The position numbers and the translations under genes were made by a program. Below the pieces are notes generated by a model. The model saw nothing but the letters and a program-made list of their open reading frames with translations, did no database searches and had not been told where the DNA came from. Source: Cyanophora paradoxa CCMP329 (taxonomy: Eukaryota > Plantae > Glaucophyta). Taken from it: a DNA stretch of 64,000 bases. Positions 22,950-36,140 of this stretch are shown one piece after another. The stretch lies in the NCBI GenBank assembly GCA_004431415.1, contig QPMI01000409.1, positions 310,001 through 374,000 on the forward strand, read 5' to 3'. How positions within the stretch are numbered: the first letter of the stretch is position 1; each line of letters starts with the position of its first letter.

Positions 22950-23976
22950 ATGCCTGCGGCGGCGGCTGCTGCAGCGGCGTCGTCGGCGGCTGGCGCGCTG
23001 GGCAACATAGCGGGCGACGAGGACCCCTTCGACCTGGGGCGCCTGCCTGCTGTGGAGGAGGAGGCGCCGGCCACGCGCCGCATCCTCTTCGAGGGGGAGC
23101 ACGCGGCTCCGCCCGAGCCGCTCGCGCCGCCGAACCGCATCCGGGCCTTCCAGGTCCCCTGGGTGCACGAGCGCGTCGCCCCGCCGCCCCACATCCCGCC
23201 CCTGCCCCGCGGTGCGCCCCGCACGCCGCCCACCCCCGCTCCAACTGCTCCAACCGTTTACTAAGTTAGGGAGCGCCGCAGGGGCGGCGCGGCTGGCGGG
23301 GGCGGCGCAGGGGGCGCTGCTGAAGCTGCTGGAGGACGAGTGGTCGGCGGAGCACCCGGCGGGGTTCTTCAAGGGCGAGCGGGAGCTGCAGGAGGAGATC
23401 GCGGGGCAGCTGGCGGAGGCCCCGCCCTACCCCCTCGCCCTCGCCGGCCTCGCCCAGCCCCGCCTCCGCCTCCGCACCGCCCCGGGCTCCTCCCGCCGCT
23501 CCCGCCTCCTCCGCCTCCAGGCCCGCGCCCTCGGGCGTCCGGATGCGGGGAAGGGTACGGGGAGCGGGCTGGGGGCCACCCGCCTGGGGGCCTCCCTGTC
23601 GGCCCCCTCGCTGCGCGCGCACCTGCCGCCCCTCGGGGACCCCGAGCCCCGCTACGCCCGCCCCACGGCCTCCTACGCCGAGCGCCTCCGGCCCCTCCCC
23701 GGCTTCGAGCCGCCCCCCGCCCCCGTCTACTCCCCTCCCCCGTTCCGGTACCCCCGCGCCGACTCGCCCCCCCGCCGGGCCGAGTCCCCCTCGGCCTCTC
23801 GCACTCGGGGCTCCCCCGCCCCTTCCCAGTCCTTCCTCGCCCCCTCCCCGTCGCCCGGCCGACGCGCACTGGCCTCGCCGGCGCCCACCTCGCCGGGCGG
23901 GCTCGGCCGGAGGCCAGCGGCGCGGAGCGCATCGCCCGGGCCCCCGCCCGCCGCAGACTTCTCGATGACCGGCGGC

Positions 23977-24007
<31 letters not shown>

Positions 24008-24880
24008 GCGGGGGCGGCGGCGGGGCGGTGGAGCGGCGGCGGCACTCGAGCGGCGGGTTGCACGCACACCAGCAGCACCACAACGTGCTCCTGCGCGACG
24101 TCCACGCCACGGACGAGCGGTGCGAGGCGGGGCGGGGCGGGGCGGGGAGGGGCGGGGCCCCCGGGCCTGGGCCGCCGCCGGGTGTATCCCTCCGGCTCGG
24201 GCTCAGGGTGGGTGGCGGCAGGGGCAAGGCGTCGGTGCGGGCGGAGTTCATCTGGCGCATGGCGGACGCGCTGCGCGTGCGCGACGAGGCCCTCTTCCTC
24301 GCCATCTACGACCAGGCGCGCCCCCTCCCTGTGCCCGGGACTCTGATTCAGCGGCTCACCCGGCGCTGCGCTGCAGATCCCGCCCTCGTTCTCCGGGGGG
24401 GAGCTGGCGGAGATGAAGCGCGTGGCCAGGGTGCAGAGCGGCATGGAGGAGGACGACCAGGCGCCCCCCACCCCGCCCCGCCCCGCCCCGCCCCGCCATG
24501 CCAAGCGGGGCCCGCTCGCATCGCAGGCGGACGCCGTCCTGTGGGCCGCCGCGAACCGCGGGAGCCCCAACGCGAAGTCTCCGCCCCACCACAGGTGCCG
24601 GATCCATTCGCCCGGGAACGATGCGACGCGGCGCGGCTGACCGGCGGGGCAGGCACGGCCGCGTCCGCTCGCGCCGCGCCTCGCAGGCCGACAGGCACGG
24701 CCACGGCACCGGAGCCGGGTGCGGCGGCCCCTCGCCCCACGCTGCTGCGCATAAGTGGCTGAGATTGAGCTTGCCCGCCGGTCGCGCAGGCACGAGTCGA
24801 GGCGGGCATCGCTGCTGACGGCGGGCCCGCAGCTGGATGCTCCCTCCCGGCGATCTTCCGTCGCATCCCTCCGGCGATAG
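22950..24880 (+). CDS. Hypothetical Pro/Ala/Gly-rich multi-exon protein
   Basis: Exons join in frame across GT-AG and GC-AG introns (GALLKLLEDEWSAEHPAGFFKG..., AEFIWRMADALRVRDEALFLAIYDQ|IPPSFSGGELAEMKRVARV). Boundaries approximate. Confidence 0.55.
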
Positions 24881-25597
24881 CGCCCGCCGCCCTGGCCTGG
24901 CCCTTCGCCCCGCGGCCGGCCCGCCGCCCCGGGGCCCCTGCAGCTGCCTTTGCGTCTTCGTAGTTTTGTTTGGTCTAGCTTCGCGTTCAGCTTCGCGCGT
25001 CTTTTATTGGCCGTGGGCCCTTCTCGGGCTTGAAGGCGAACGGGTCTCGGGGCCTCTCCGAGGCTCGCACTGCGAAATTGCGGCTCAGGTCGCTGAGTCG
25101 AGAAGCTTCAAAGATCGCAGCCGCCGAGCTTCGAATTCTCAAGTTCCGAAGCTTGACTTGCCAAGTTGCAATTAGCTGTTGCAATGAACCCTCGAAGGCC
25201 CTCGGGCCTGAGGGCTGTCACAGTGTCACGCAAACAATCTGGCAGGCCCGCGGGCCGAAACTGCAGACCTAGGCTGTCACACAAATTTCGATACTATATA
25301 CTATGATATCTGGCAGGCCCTGAGGCTCGCGGGCCGAGGCTGCAGGCCTCGAGCCTTGCCAAGTTGATCATGAGTTCCGAGTGCCGGGTGCATCTTAAGC
25401 TTGGCAATCGAATCGAGAGAATTTCGGAAAAGTACATATAACTATAGATAATTTGGCTGTACAGGGGCATACAATAAATAAACTATCGATATCGAATACC
25501 GTAGCATCTTCGTGACACGCGCGGCGGCGCGAGAGGCGAACTTCGGAAGGCCCAAGCCTAGATCACGAAGAGCTTCGGACGCCCGGAGACTCATGGA

Positions 25598-25755
25598 AGA
25601 AGGCTCATCAGGGCTCCATCTATCTCTGAGAGATTCCTATTTAGGAGGCTCCGAGGCCCCGGGGGCCCAAAGCCTGAAGGCCCCATCAGGGCTCCGTCTA
25701 TCTCTGAAAGATTACTATTTAGGAGGCCCGGCGGCCCCGGGGGCCCGAAGGCCCC
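25598..25755. repeat. Two diverged ~79-bp tandem repeats
   Basis: CATCAGGGCTCCRTCTATCTCTGARAGATTMCTATTTAGGAGGC occurs twice. Confidence 0.8.
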
Positions 25756-25910
25756 TTCTTTTTAGAGGCCCTGCTCCTCGGCCTCGGCGGCCTCCTCATC
25801 AACAGCGGACTGGAGCGGGCCCGCCGACTCTGCGGCCGGCGCCTCCCCCTCGCCCAGCATCGACGCCATGTACTCCGTGTCTGACGAGCCATGATCAGCG
25901 ACTCAGGGTT

Positions 25911-26480
25911 TCAGTGACTGCCTTCTGCTGGCGTCGGCGCACCCGGCTCGTAGGCGGGATCCGTGTATACGTACTTGTAGGCCTGCACGCCTCCGGAGAC
26001 GGCCGATGCCCCCTCCGCCTCGGCAGGCTCCGGGGCCGCCTCGCAGGCCTCCGCCTCTGCGGCGGCCTCCGCCGCCGGCACGGCCACGACCTCGACGTCG
26101 CACAGGATCTGGGCGGGCGTCGGCGTCAGAGCTAGAGACCATGAGAGTCTCGCTGCGTCTTCTCTTCTAGATCTGCTACGGGACGGCGGGCGGGCGCGCC
26201 TCGGAGACGACCTGCTGGTCCGAGTCGGTCTGGGCAAGGACCCGCACGACCTGCGGGAACGAATCGTAGCCTGCGCGCGCCCCGGTCAGCAGCGGCGAGA
26301 GTGGAAGCTCGGATGGGATCCGGAGCCGGGCGCGCGATATTGATCCTGAATGTGGTGAAGCTGCTCAGCAGTCACGAGGCCGCTGCCGAAGTCCTGCGCC
26401 GCTCCGAAGAACCCCCCGTGGCACTCGCCCGAGCTGCGCGGCGAATCTTAGTGGGGCCGGCCGGACTTGTAAGGGCCATC
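25911..26480 (-). CDS. Small hypothetical acidic protein (multi-exon)
   Basis: Exon-like segments VTAEQLHHIQDQY, YDSFPQVVRVLAQTDSDQQVVSE and ILCDVEVVAVPAAEAAAEAE... Start uncertain. Confidence 0.35.
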
Positions 26481-27320
26481 TCGCGGAGCAGCCGCGCGCA
26501 AGACAAACCTTGCGGAGCAGTAGTTAACCTGGGAAACTGCCGATCGCGAGTGAGATTCAGAACGACGAATCGCTTCAAGAAACGATCGCTCGTGGCACGG
26601 CGCCTCGCGGCGTTTAATCTTGCTAGCCTAGCCAAACGACGAACCTCCGCGTACGGCCATGGCAGCCTCGAAACGCGCGCTGCGCGTGAGAGTCAGTCAT
26701 TACAATCAGTGGAGAAAGCGGAGGCAGGGTTTTCGAGGCCCGGGGCTCTCGCGGCTGGGGCCTGACGCGATAACGCCCGAATGCATGTTCTCGGCCATGG
26801 CCAAATGCCACGGTGGCACTCGCATCCCGAGTACGGGCATGGTTGTCCTAGCCGTCGAGCGGGAAAGCTAGGGAGCATGAAGGCTAGCTAAGCCAGTCGG
26901 CCCCGGGCCAATTTCCGGGTGATCCATGACGCGCACTAGTCAGGGTTGGCCAGGAGCGCCTGGCGGATTGCAAAAGGGCTGTGTGGCATTTCTGACGAGG
27001 TCTGCAGCTGATCTCTCCGGAGAGCTAGAAGTCGCTGCTGCTGAGCTGGATCGATGAGCGATTACTGTACCCCTGATGCCGAGTTCGAAACACAATTCAG
27101 AAGTACTAGCTATAGTACCGAAGTGCAGGCGCTGGCCTAGAAACATGTCAGCTGTGGCGCAAGTACTAGCTATAGTGCACGCGCGCGGCCGGTGCGTTGG
27201 GGCCGGCGCTGCCAATTTCAATTAGCAAGCTTGAGTAGAGAGCGACAATAGATCGTAGCGCAAGATCTCCTGCATCGAACGCGTGCGGGACGGGAACTCG
27301 AGCTGCTGGCGCCCACCGCC

Positions 27321-28736
27321 CTACGAGGCGCGCGCGGCGGTCCGCTGGGCGACGAGCTGGTCGACGGCCATCAGGAAGGCCTCGTCTGCGAACAGCGCGT
27401 CGTCCTCGTCGAACTCTGCGCGCGAGCCGCCCTCGGGAGGGGGAGAGGGGGCGGGGAGGGGGGAGAGGGGGTGGGGAAGGGAGGGGAGGGGGTTGGGGGG
27501 CGGGGGCGCACCCGAAAATCCGCCCGGCGCGGCTGCTGCCGGCGGCTGTGAAGGAGCCGGCTGCGGCTGCTGCGAGGGCGGGGCTGCGGCCTGGGAAGCC
27601 GACAGCGTGGGGCCATGGCCTTGGGAGGGTGCGGGCCCGCCCACGACCTCCAGTTCCTCCTCATCCGAATCGCCCGCCGAGTCGCGCATCGGCCGCAGGC
27701 GCTTTGCGCGCGGACCCGCGTCCTGCGACGCCTGTTCCGCCTGCTGCTCGGCCGCTGCGGCGGCGGCGGCGGCCCGCTCCGCCTCCTGCTGCCGCTCCCT
27801 GAGCCGCTCCAAAGCGCGTTGCCGGTTGGCCTCGGCCCGCTGCCTTGCCTCCTCCGACATCGGCTGGTTCACGGGCGGAGGCGGAGCCGGCGGCGGGCTG
27901 CGCTGCGCCTGCTCGAGCGCCGCGTCAGCCGTGAGCGCTGTCAACCGCGGCTTTGCAGCGCGCACGGGAGACGCCGCCCGCTCGAACGCCGCCGCTTCAG
28001 CAGGATCAACGTAGTCGGGGTCAGCCTCCTCTCCTTGCGGCATATCATCGTCGATTCCGCTCTCTGCGTTGATGGAGCGCCGCCACGGTCAGAAGGGCGG
28101 CGAGAGCAGCGCTGAGCAGCTGCGGTGCACCCTCCCCCTCCTTTCCGAAGAAGTGATCGTAGCGGAACTCGCCGCGCTCCACCTGGCGGAGCTTCTTCAT
28201 TAGCTCCTGCAGTGCGTGTCAGCGCCCAGCGGGTTTAGGAGGACGTGCACGCATCACGCGCCCGTACAGGACCCTTGCCGCCGCTGGCCTCGAGCTTCTC
28301 TACGAAGTCTTCGAATGCGAACGATGGGAGCAGACCGGCGGCCCAAGTCTCGTAGTGCATCAGCAGCAGATTCAGGTCGTCCAACTGTGGGGCGCGCTCG
28401 GCTGCGAGAATAACGGAGGCGCGACCCGCCAATGCGCACTTCGTGGCCCCGACCGCGCAGTGGGATCTTGTGAAACTGCTTGTAGACGGTAGGGATGCCG
28501 GCGTTCGACGCGAGGATGCCAGGCGTGAGCTTCGGACGCGGTGGCAGCTTCCGCCTCGCCTTTTTCACAGCGGCATCCACTACGAGCGCGGGTGCATCGG
28601 CTGCTTCCTCCGCAGGCTGGCTCTGGCTCTGGCTCTGGCTCGGCTGACTCCGGCTGCCGAATACGGTGCCACGCGGCTGCTTTGCGGCGCCAGATCTCGT
28701 TGCAGCGTCCCACGACGGCACCTGCGCTCGCTGCAT
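27321..28736 (-). CDS. TIPIN: Replication fork protection protein TIPIN/Swi3/Csm3
   Basis: Swi3 domain RPKLTPGILASNAGIPTVYKQFHKIPLRGRGHE|LDDLNLLLMHYETWAAGLLPSFAFEDFVEKLE. C-terminal MSEEARQRAEANRQRALER motif. Confidence 0.85.
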
Positions 28737-28940
28737 TTTCAAATTTCGCGTTCGCCGAAACCGACCTGTACCCTCAGCCGGCTGACCCCGCCACTTTTTT
28801 TGTTCACCAAGGCTCGGAACGGTCTTCATCAGCCCGCTCGGTCGTCGGCCCGAGCAGCAGACCCCCGCCAAGCGCCGGCCGAGTCCATCGCCGGCTGTTG
28901 ACGGAGCCAGCTCGGCCGCAGCGAGCCCGCCGCGGGAGCC

Positions 28941-31192
28941 ATGGGCAGGATGAAGATGAAGAAGGGCAAGAGCCTGGGCAAGGGCCTGGTTCGTTGATGC
29001 TTCCGCGCTTCCGCGCTCCGTCGGACTCCGGACGCGGAAGCCTCCTGGAGCGCTGCGTGCTTCGAGCAGGCCTGAACTCCTGGGTCCCGCTGCCTGCGGC
29101 AATGAGGTTAAGAATAAGGCGCTTCTCCAATAAGGAAGAAGCGCTTAGAACTTGAACCTCTTCTAGAACGTAACGAGCCCTCGCGCGGTTCCGCCGCTAC
29201 GGTCCCGGGCTCCGAGGCTCCGGGATCCGGGGCTGATGCGGATTCGACCTACACCACCGCCTAATCGATGTACACCGCGCCGTACCGCTCTGACGGCAGG
29301 CGGTCGCAGAGTTCGAAGAAGGGCGCTGGCAAGGTGTGGCGGGCCCTCCGGGCCCGGCCCCCTGGGCCCGGCCCCCTGTGATCAACCCGTGCAGATGATG
29401 AAGCCGAAAAAGAATTTCAACAAGAATAAGATGACCAAGAACAAAGGCGAGCGGGGCTTCGGACCCAGCCAGCGCATACGTGTGCATCTGAAACGGCGCC
29501 CGCGAACGTGCAGGGATGCAGATGAAGAAGCTGAAGGGGCACAACAAGCTCAACAAACCCAAGAAGATGAACAAACGTGCCGACCCCCCCCTCCCCTACC
29601 CCCCCCCCCCCCCCCCCCCCCATGCCCCCCTGCTCCCCTTCCCCCCGCCCCCCACAACAACAAAACTCTCCATATCCCCTTCCATCGTCCCCCCCCTTCC
29701 CCCCCCCCCCCCGCCCCCCTCCCCCCTCCCTCCCTCAAACTCAACAGCAGCGCCCCATGCCCCATCCCTGTCTTGTATTCATTCGAAACCTCTAAGCGAC
29801 CCGAGTGCAGAGAAAGGCCTCAAGAAGGGTCCCAAGAAGGGACCCAAGAAGGGACCCAAGAAGGGCATCAAGAAGGGCCCCAAGAAGGGACCCAAGAAGG
29901 GCATCAAGAAGGGCCCCAAGAAGGGCCCCAAGAAGGGCATCAAGAAGGGACCCAAGAAGGGCCCCAAGAAGGGCCCCAAGAAGGGAGCCAAGAAGGGCCC
30001 CAAGAAGGGAGATAAGAAGGGGAAGCCTACCAAGGAGAAGGCACTGCCACAGCTGCCGGATGACTCACAAGACCAGCAGCCGACGGTGCGACGGGCCCGC
30101 GGCTCCCTGTTACGGAGTGACGCGGGGAGCTGACCCCATCGCCACGGGTGCTTGCAGGGGGACGACCAGCCGCAGGTGGGGCCGCCGTGCACGCTCATGC
30201 GCACGCCGCGGCGCTTTCGTACCTGTGCGGGTCGGGTCTGACAGGGCGGGCAGGACCAGCCGCAGGACGATCAGCAGGCGGCGGACCAGGCGACCGAGCA
30301 GCAGGCGCGCTCCGCGGGGCCCGCGCTCGCGTTTGCGCGAGGCCCGATCGCGAGGCCTGACACCCCACCGCAGCTTGGCGACCAGAACGCGGAGCAGTCC
30401 CCTCCTGAGGAGGCTCCGCCGGCCGCGGAGGAGGCACCACCCGCGGAGGAGGCACCACCCGTGGAGGAGGCACCACCCGCGGAGGAGGCACCGCCGGCCG
30501 AGGATGCGCCGCCGCCCGAGGCTCCTCCCGCCGAGGAGGCTCCTCCCGCCGAGGAGGCTCCTCCCGTCGAGGCTCCGCCGGCCGAGGCTCCTCCCGCCGA
30601 GGAGGCTCCTCCCGCCGAGGAGGCTCCGCCGGCCGAGGCTCCTCCCGCCGAGGAGGCTCCGCCGGCCGAGGAGGCTCCGCCGGCCGAGGCTCCTCCCGCC
30701 GAGGAGGCTCCTCTCGCCGAGGAGGCTCCGCCGGCCGAGGTTCCGCCGCCCGATGCGCCGCCGGCGGAGGGAGACCAGGCTGGGCAAGGGGGCGGCGACG
30801 ACGCCCAGGGCGGGCACTGGCAGCAGATGCTCGACTCGGAGGCTCAGGCGGTGGAGCTCGAGGTGCGCGGGCCGGGTGCACTTTCTGCGGGGCCGAGTTC
30901 ACTGGACGGGCGGCCGCAGGCGCCCTTCCAGCCCTACACCTTCGCTGACGCTGGGGCGACCGGCGAGGAGGGCGTCGCTGGCGCCCTGGCCGGCGAGCTG
31001 GACGAGGCCGCTGAGGCCCATGCCGACACTCTCCCCGCCGCCGTCGAGGTCCGGGCATGCATCCCCCTCGGATTAAAAACTTCAAGGCCTCCCCCTCGCG
31101 CCGCGTCCCACTGAGTTCTCTGCGCGCGCGCCCCTCAGCTCGTGGGCGCCGAGGCCCACGCCGGGCCCGACGCCGTGCTGCACCTCCTCTGA
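28941..31192 (+). CDS. Low-complexity protein with Lys-rich (KKGP)n N-terminal half and acidic (APPAEE)n C-terminal half
   Basis: ATG 28941 ([16 protein letters not shown]). 12-bp codon repeats at 29815-30025 and 15/18-bp repeats at 30400-30770. Stop at 31190-31192. Exon joins approximate. Confidence 0.6.
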
Positions 31193-31591
31193 GGCCACGG
31201 CCGGCTGCCGACGCCGGCTCAACGTAGTCTAGTAGCGTGCCAGCCTGCAGGGCATGTCGTCGTATTGCGCGATCCCGTATTATTATTCTTTGATCCGTGT
31301 CAAGCCTTCCGCATCTGTTGCGGTTTGTGCTCCCTTTGTTTGCATGTCCAGCATATGCATGTGCTCCATTTACGACTTGATATATCGAATTTGAACATGA
31401 ATCGGATACGGCTGCATGAAAAGTAAGGACTGCACAGTACGGATACATCTACTGGTACTGTATGGGCAAAATCTCCGCGGAGGGAGTGCGTGCGTGGCGA
31501 GCTGGCATGGGATTCAATGATTGGGGATTCGAGGCAGAACTCAAGCTTGAGCCGAACAGCGGCCAGCGGCGCCGGCGCCGGCGCCGGCCGC

Positions 31592-33916
31592 TCACTTCTT
31601 GGTGGGCGCGTTGCCATAGTCCATGTAGGTGACGACGCGGGGCGAGCGGGAGAGGTGGGACTCCTGCGCGGCGACCTGCGCCAGGGGCGACTTCTGCGAC
31701 TGGGACTTGCTGAGCGACGTCGCGATGATGCTCTTCGCCGCCGCGCCAAGCGAGCCGACCAGGGCTGCCTGCCCCAGCGAGCCCGCCAGCTGCGCCGGCT
31801 TCCAGCTCCCCACCAGGCCGCTGGGCACCGGCGCCTTGAGGGGCTCCGGCTCCTCGGGCGCGCCGTCCTCCCGAAGGTGCGGGGGCAGCGAGACCTGCTT
31901 GCACGAGATGAAGTCCGGGATCGCCGGCGCCTGCGCGGGCGTCAAGAGGGAGGGAGGGGCAGGGAGCAGCGGAGGAGAGGCGCACGCCCGGCCCGGTGAG
32001 CTCCCGGAGGTAGCGGGCCGCCTGCTGCACCGAGTTGCCCTTGACGGTGATCCTGAAGAAAGCGTCAACGCCTGCCAACAACCAACAGAGCACGCCGTTC
32101 ACCAGCCGAGCTCCTCCCGTCCGTCCGGGGGCCCGACGGCCTTGTGCCCGGGATCGACCTCGAGCTTGACCTCGAAGCAGCGCTTGTCCTTCTCCAGCGC
32201 CTTCAGCTTGTCGACGACCTCCTGCGTCATCTCCCCGTTCTTCGACGTGAGGAGGAAGCAGCCGGCCAGGTAGCACAGCGGCAGCTCCGGCTTGAAGGGC
32301 TGCACGCGCGGCTCAGAGATCTCTCGCAGGCGGGGACGGCGGGGGCGGCGCAGGACCTTGATGGGGATGCCGCAGACGGCCATGAAGGACTCTTCGATGA
32401 AGCACACGCCCCAGACGGCCCTGCGGCGCGGCGCGACGCGGCACGCGGTCAGAGGGCGGCGGAGGGGACGGAACGAGGCCGCGCGCACTTGATCCAATCG
32501 AAGTAGGGGTTTCCACACATGCGAGCGTTGACCTCGACGATCTGCAGTGCGCGGAGATCAGACCCGAAAAGGAAGAGGAAGGAAAGGACATGAATGGAAA
32601 GGACAGGAGAGGAAAGGAGAGGGGGCGATCGCTGGGCGGACGCCGACCTGGGGACCGGTGGACGTGTACTTCATCTCGACATGTACGGCGCCGATCTTGA
32701 GACCGATGGCGTCCACGCTGGCGCGAGCCGCGAGGTCCACAAGCTCCTCCTGCGCCCACCGCCGTCAGCCACGCGCCCTACGGGACACATTGCGCACGCG
32801 CAAGCGCGCGACAGCTCGCCTGCATCTTTGCCGGAAGGATGGAAGGAAGGATGGAAGCTGTGTTTAGGAAGTCGGGCTCGTTCGTCTCGAGGTTGTCGGT
32901 GATCGAGTGGAACACGACCTGCGCCGCAAGCTCGATTCGGCGCTACGTAAAGCTTATCGTTCTTCGCCGGCGGCACTCCGAACCTTGCCGTCGAAGAGGA
33001 GGAGGTCCACGTCAACCTCGGCGCCGTCGAGGTACTGCTCAAGGATGAACTCCACGCCCCAAGAGTAGATCGTATCGAAGTCAACGCTGAGGAGCTTCTT
33101 GACCGCATAGTAGGCCTGCGTGCGCGTGCGCTGTCGGCTGGTGCGCGCTGGCCCGCCCCGGGCTCGAGGTCGCTCGCACCTTCTTCGCCTCCTCCGCATT
33201 CGTCACTTTCGTTGCCCCTTGTGCCTCCGCGCCGAATACGGGCTTCAGGACCGCCGGGAAGGGGACCTGCGCGTTGCCGGCGGTTGGCGCAGAAAACGCA
33301 CGAAAGGGCATCTGCGCGCCCGACCTTTTTGACGGCCTCCTCGAGATCCACATCATTCTTAACCTTCATGTACGCGGGAACGCGCAAGCCAGCCTTCTCC
33401 ATAGCCTCGCGGGTCTTGTACTTGCTGCGGCAGGCCATGCACGCCTCCCACGGACTCCCTAGCTTCCCAAGACCAGCCGCAACCTGTGCACACAGCGGAG
33501 TATCGTTCTCCCTGCTCACCATGCTCAGTAAACGCGTATCGGAGGGCCGCGTCCCGCCGCACCAGAAGGTCACGACCCCGTCGATCGGCACGTTAAGCGC
33601 CTTGATGGCCTTGACCGCATTCTCAGCGGCGTTATCACGGTCGAGAGTCTGCTGGGCGTTAGGCAAGCGCGACCCCCCGCAAAGGGTCGCGGGTGCGCAC
33701 GTCGACCACGAGGTAGTGCTCGACAAGAGGCGCGGCCCAGCTGCCGGGCGGGTCCACGAGGACGATGTTGACGCCGAGCTCGATCGCCTTGTCGAAAATG
33801 ACCTTCTTGCCGATATAGCCGGCGCCGACGATGACGATGCGCTTGCCCTTGAGCTCTGTCCGCCGCTGCTGCGACATGGACAGGCCCGCCATGGCTTGGC
33901 TCAATGCACTTTTCAT
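31592..33916 (-). CDS. ATP-grasp ligase (carnosine synthase/L-amino acid ligase-like)
   Basis: [15 protein letters not shown]|[45 protein letters not shown]...|[10 protein letters not shown]. Confidence 0.85.
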
Positions 33917-33998
33917 CGCTGATGCGGGAGACGAACTGGTAAAGAACTCGCCGCACCGCGCCCTTTGTGCTAAAGAACCGTACCCCCGTCCAGGCGCG

Positions 33999-35819
33999 AT
34001 GGCGGCTGCGTCAGAGGTGAAGGATAAGTACGAGGCGAAAGAGGCGAATGATGGTGCATCGAATCGTGTTCGCCGCGCCCCGAGCCCGGCTGACATAGCG
34101 AGCAGTCCTCTTCACAAAGATGCGGGCGAAGCCCGAGAACAAGGTCCGCGCTTGCTTGAACTGCCGCGATGTCAGCATTCTGACTGTTTGCGCTCGTTCC
34201 AGGCTTGGTGCGCCGCAGGCCCAGTTCTGACTTGCCCGGTTCTGTGCACCGCGTCTGACTACCTCGCTTGTTTCAGCTTCGATTGCAACAGCAAGAACCC
34301 CACGTGGGCGAGCGTGCCGTTCGGCGTCTTCATCTGCCTGGACTGCGCTTCCTCGCACCGCAACCTCGGAGTGCACATCTCGTTCTGCAGGTTCGGCGTT
34401 CGAGTCGTGCTGGCATCCCCACACCGCGGTCCACCCACATTCGCTACTGCAGGTCCACAGTTCTGGATTCTTGGACCGCGGAGCAGCTGCGGCTGATGGA
34501 GGCTGGCGGGAACCTGAAGGCGAGGAACTTCTACAAACAGCACGGGATGACCGAAGCCGATATGACCAAGCTCGACGAGAAGTACAACAGCCGTGTTGCC
34601 CAGCTCTACAAGGCCCATCTGAAGCAGGCGGCCACTGCCCTCGCTGCATCAGGAGCCAAGATGTAAGCAGCTCCTTCGTCCATTTCTCAAGAGAAACTGA
34701 GCGCTCTCCAGCGGCGAAGCTCTGAGCGCGGACCCTGAGCCCGCCCCTGGTGCTCTCGCGGTTCCTTTTTCTGCAAAGTAGAGCTCTGATAGCCCCTCTG
34801 TTCACAGTCCAAGAGCCTGCGGCTCCGGCGGCTCCTGGAATAATGCCTGGCGGCGCATCCCTATCAGCGGCACTCGGTGCGGGGTCAGCTGCATCGCAGG
34901 TTTCGTCTGCCTCGAAACTTGCTGCCAAGAAGAAGGGTGGCCTCGGTGCAAAGAAGGGTGAGCCGTAGATGAAATCTTCCGTTCCGTTCCGCACTTATTC
35001 TCCATTCTCCTCAAAGGTGGCGCATCTGTTGAAGAAATTGAAAAGATGATGGCCGCTCTCAACGATCAGACAGTGTCCGCATCCAGCATGGAGGATGCTC
35101 TCGAAAAGGCGCAGCAGCAGGCTAAGGAGCAGCAGGCCAGCTCGCAACAGTCATCTTCTCGTCTGGGCGACTGGGCGACATCCAACAGCGGCTGGTGAGG
35201 CCGACTCCCCCTGCGTCTTCGGCTTGTTTTCACCACAAAGATTTGTAGGGGTGCCTCGTCGTCAAGTGCACGACCGGGGTCACGGCCAAGCCCCTCTCCG
35301 CCGGCCGAAGAAGGTGCTGCGACATTGTTTGAGCATCTTGGAATTTTGTCTCAGTCTGTGGCAGTCTCTGCACAGAAGCGATTCAGCAATCAGAAATCTA
35401 TTTCTTCTGCCATGTTCTATGCCAACGAGGAGTCTGATGCTGACAAGTGAGACTAGTTGCTCAATCTTTCTTGGAACGTGTTCTGATGTTGTCCTGCAGA
35501 TTCGAGAAGCAGCAGCGGCTTTCTCGTTTTTCGGGGGCGGCATCCATCTCGAGTGCTGCTTACTACGATCGTGACGAGACACCAAGCGCCAGTGGTGCGT
35601 TCTCGTTTATGCTTTCCTTCAAGCCTGTGCATGCTTTCCTTCAAGCCTGTGCTGATGCATTTCTTGTAAGACATGTCTGCTTCGGACCTTGCACGGAAAC
35701 TTGCCGGTCAGGCCAAGGCTGATTTGAGCAACGTGACATCGGTGGTGAAGGAGCAGGGCAAGAAGCTTTCGAGCATGGCCGCCTCTTTCCTCTCTGACCT
35801 GCAGGAGCGCTATCGCTAA
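33999..35819 (+). CDS. ADP-ribosylation factor GTPase-activating protein, ArfGAP2/3 (Glo3) type
   Basis: Zinc finger [37 protein letters not shown]. Two C-terminal Glo3 motifs KSISSAMFY and ASISSAAYY. Stop at 35817-35819. Confidence 0.92.
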
Positions 35820-35844
35820 TTCTATGCATTTGATCGCGACTAAC

Positions 35845-35969
35845 TAACTAGCAGCACATCTGTAGTCTACACCGGGCTGCAATCTAACTAGCAGCACATC
35901 TGTAGTCTACTAAGCTGTTCGCTAGCTGTCTAACTAGCAGCACATCTGTAGTCTACGCCGGGCTGCAAT
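35845..35969. repeat. Three ~40-45-bp tandem repeats in the 3' flank of ArfGAP
   Basis: CTAACTAGCAGCACATCTGTAGTCTAC occurs three times. Confidence 0.85.
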
Positions 35970-36140
35970 GAGTAGGCTACTCTCAACTCGAGTTTGCCTT
36001 GTTGGTTGAATGGCCGCTGCCGCAGTGCCTTCGACGTCTCACGCCGAACCAGTGAGGCTCATCCATTCCGCCACTGGACCAGATCTGGTCCAATCTAGAT
36101 TTAGAAGTGACTGAGTAGAAGGAGCACTGCAATTAACCCG

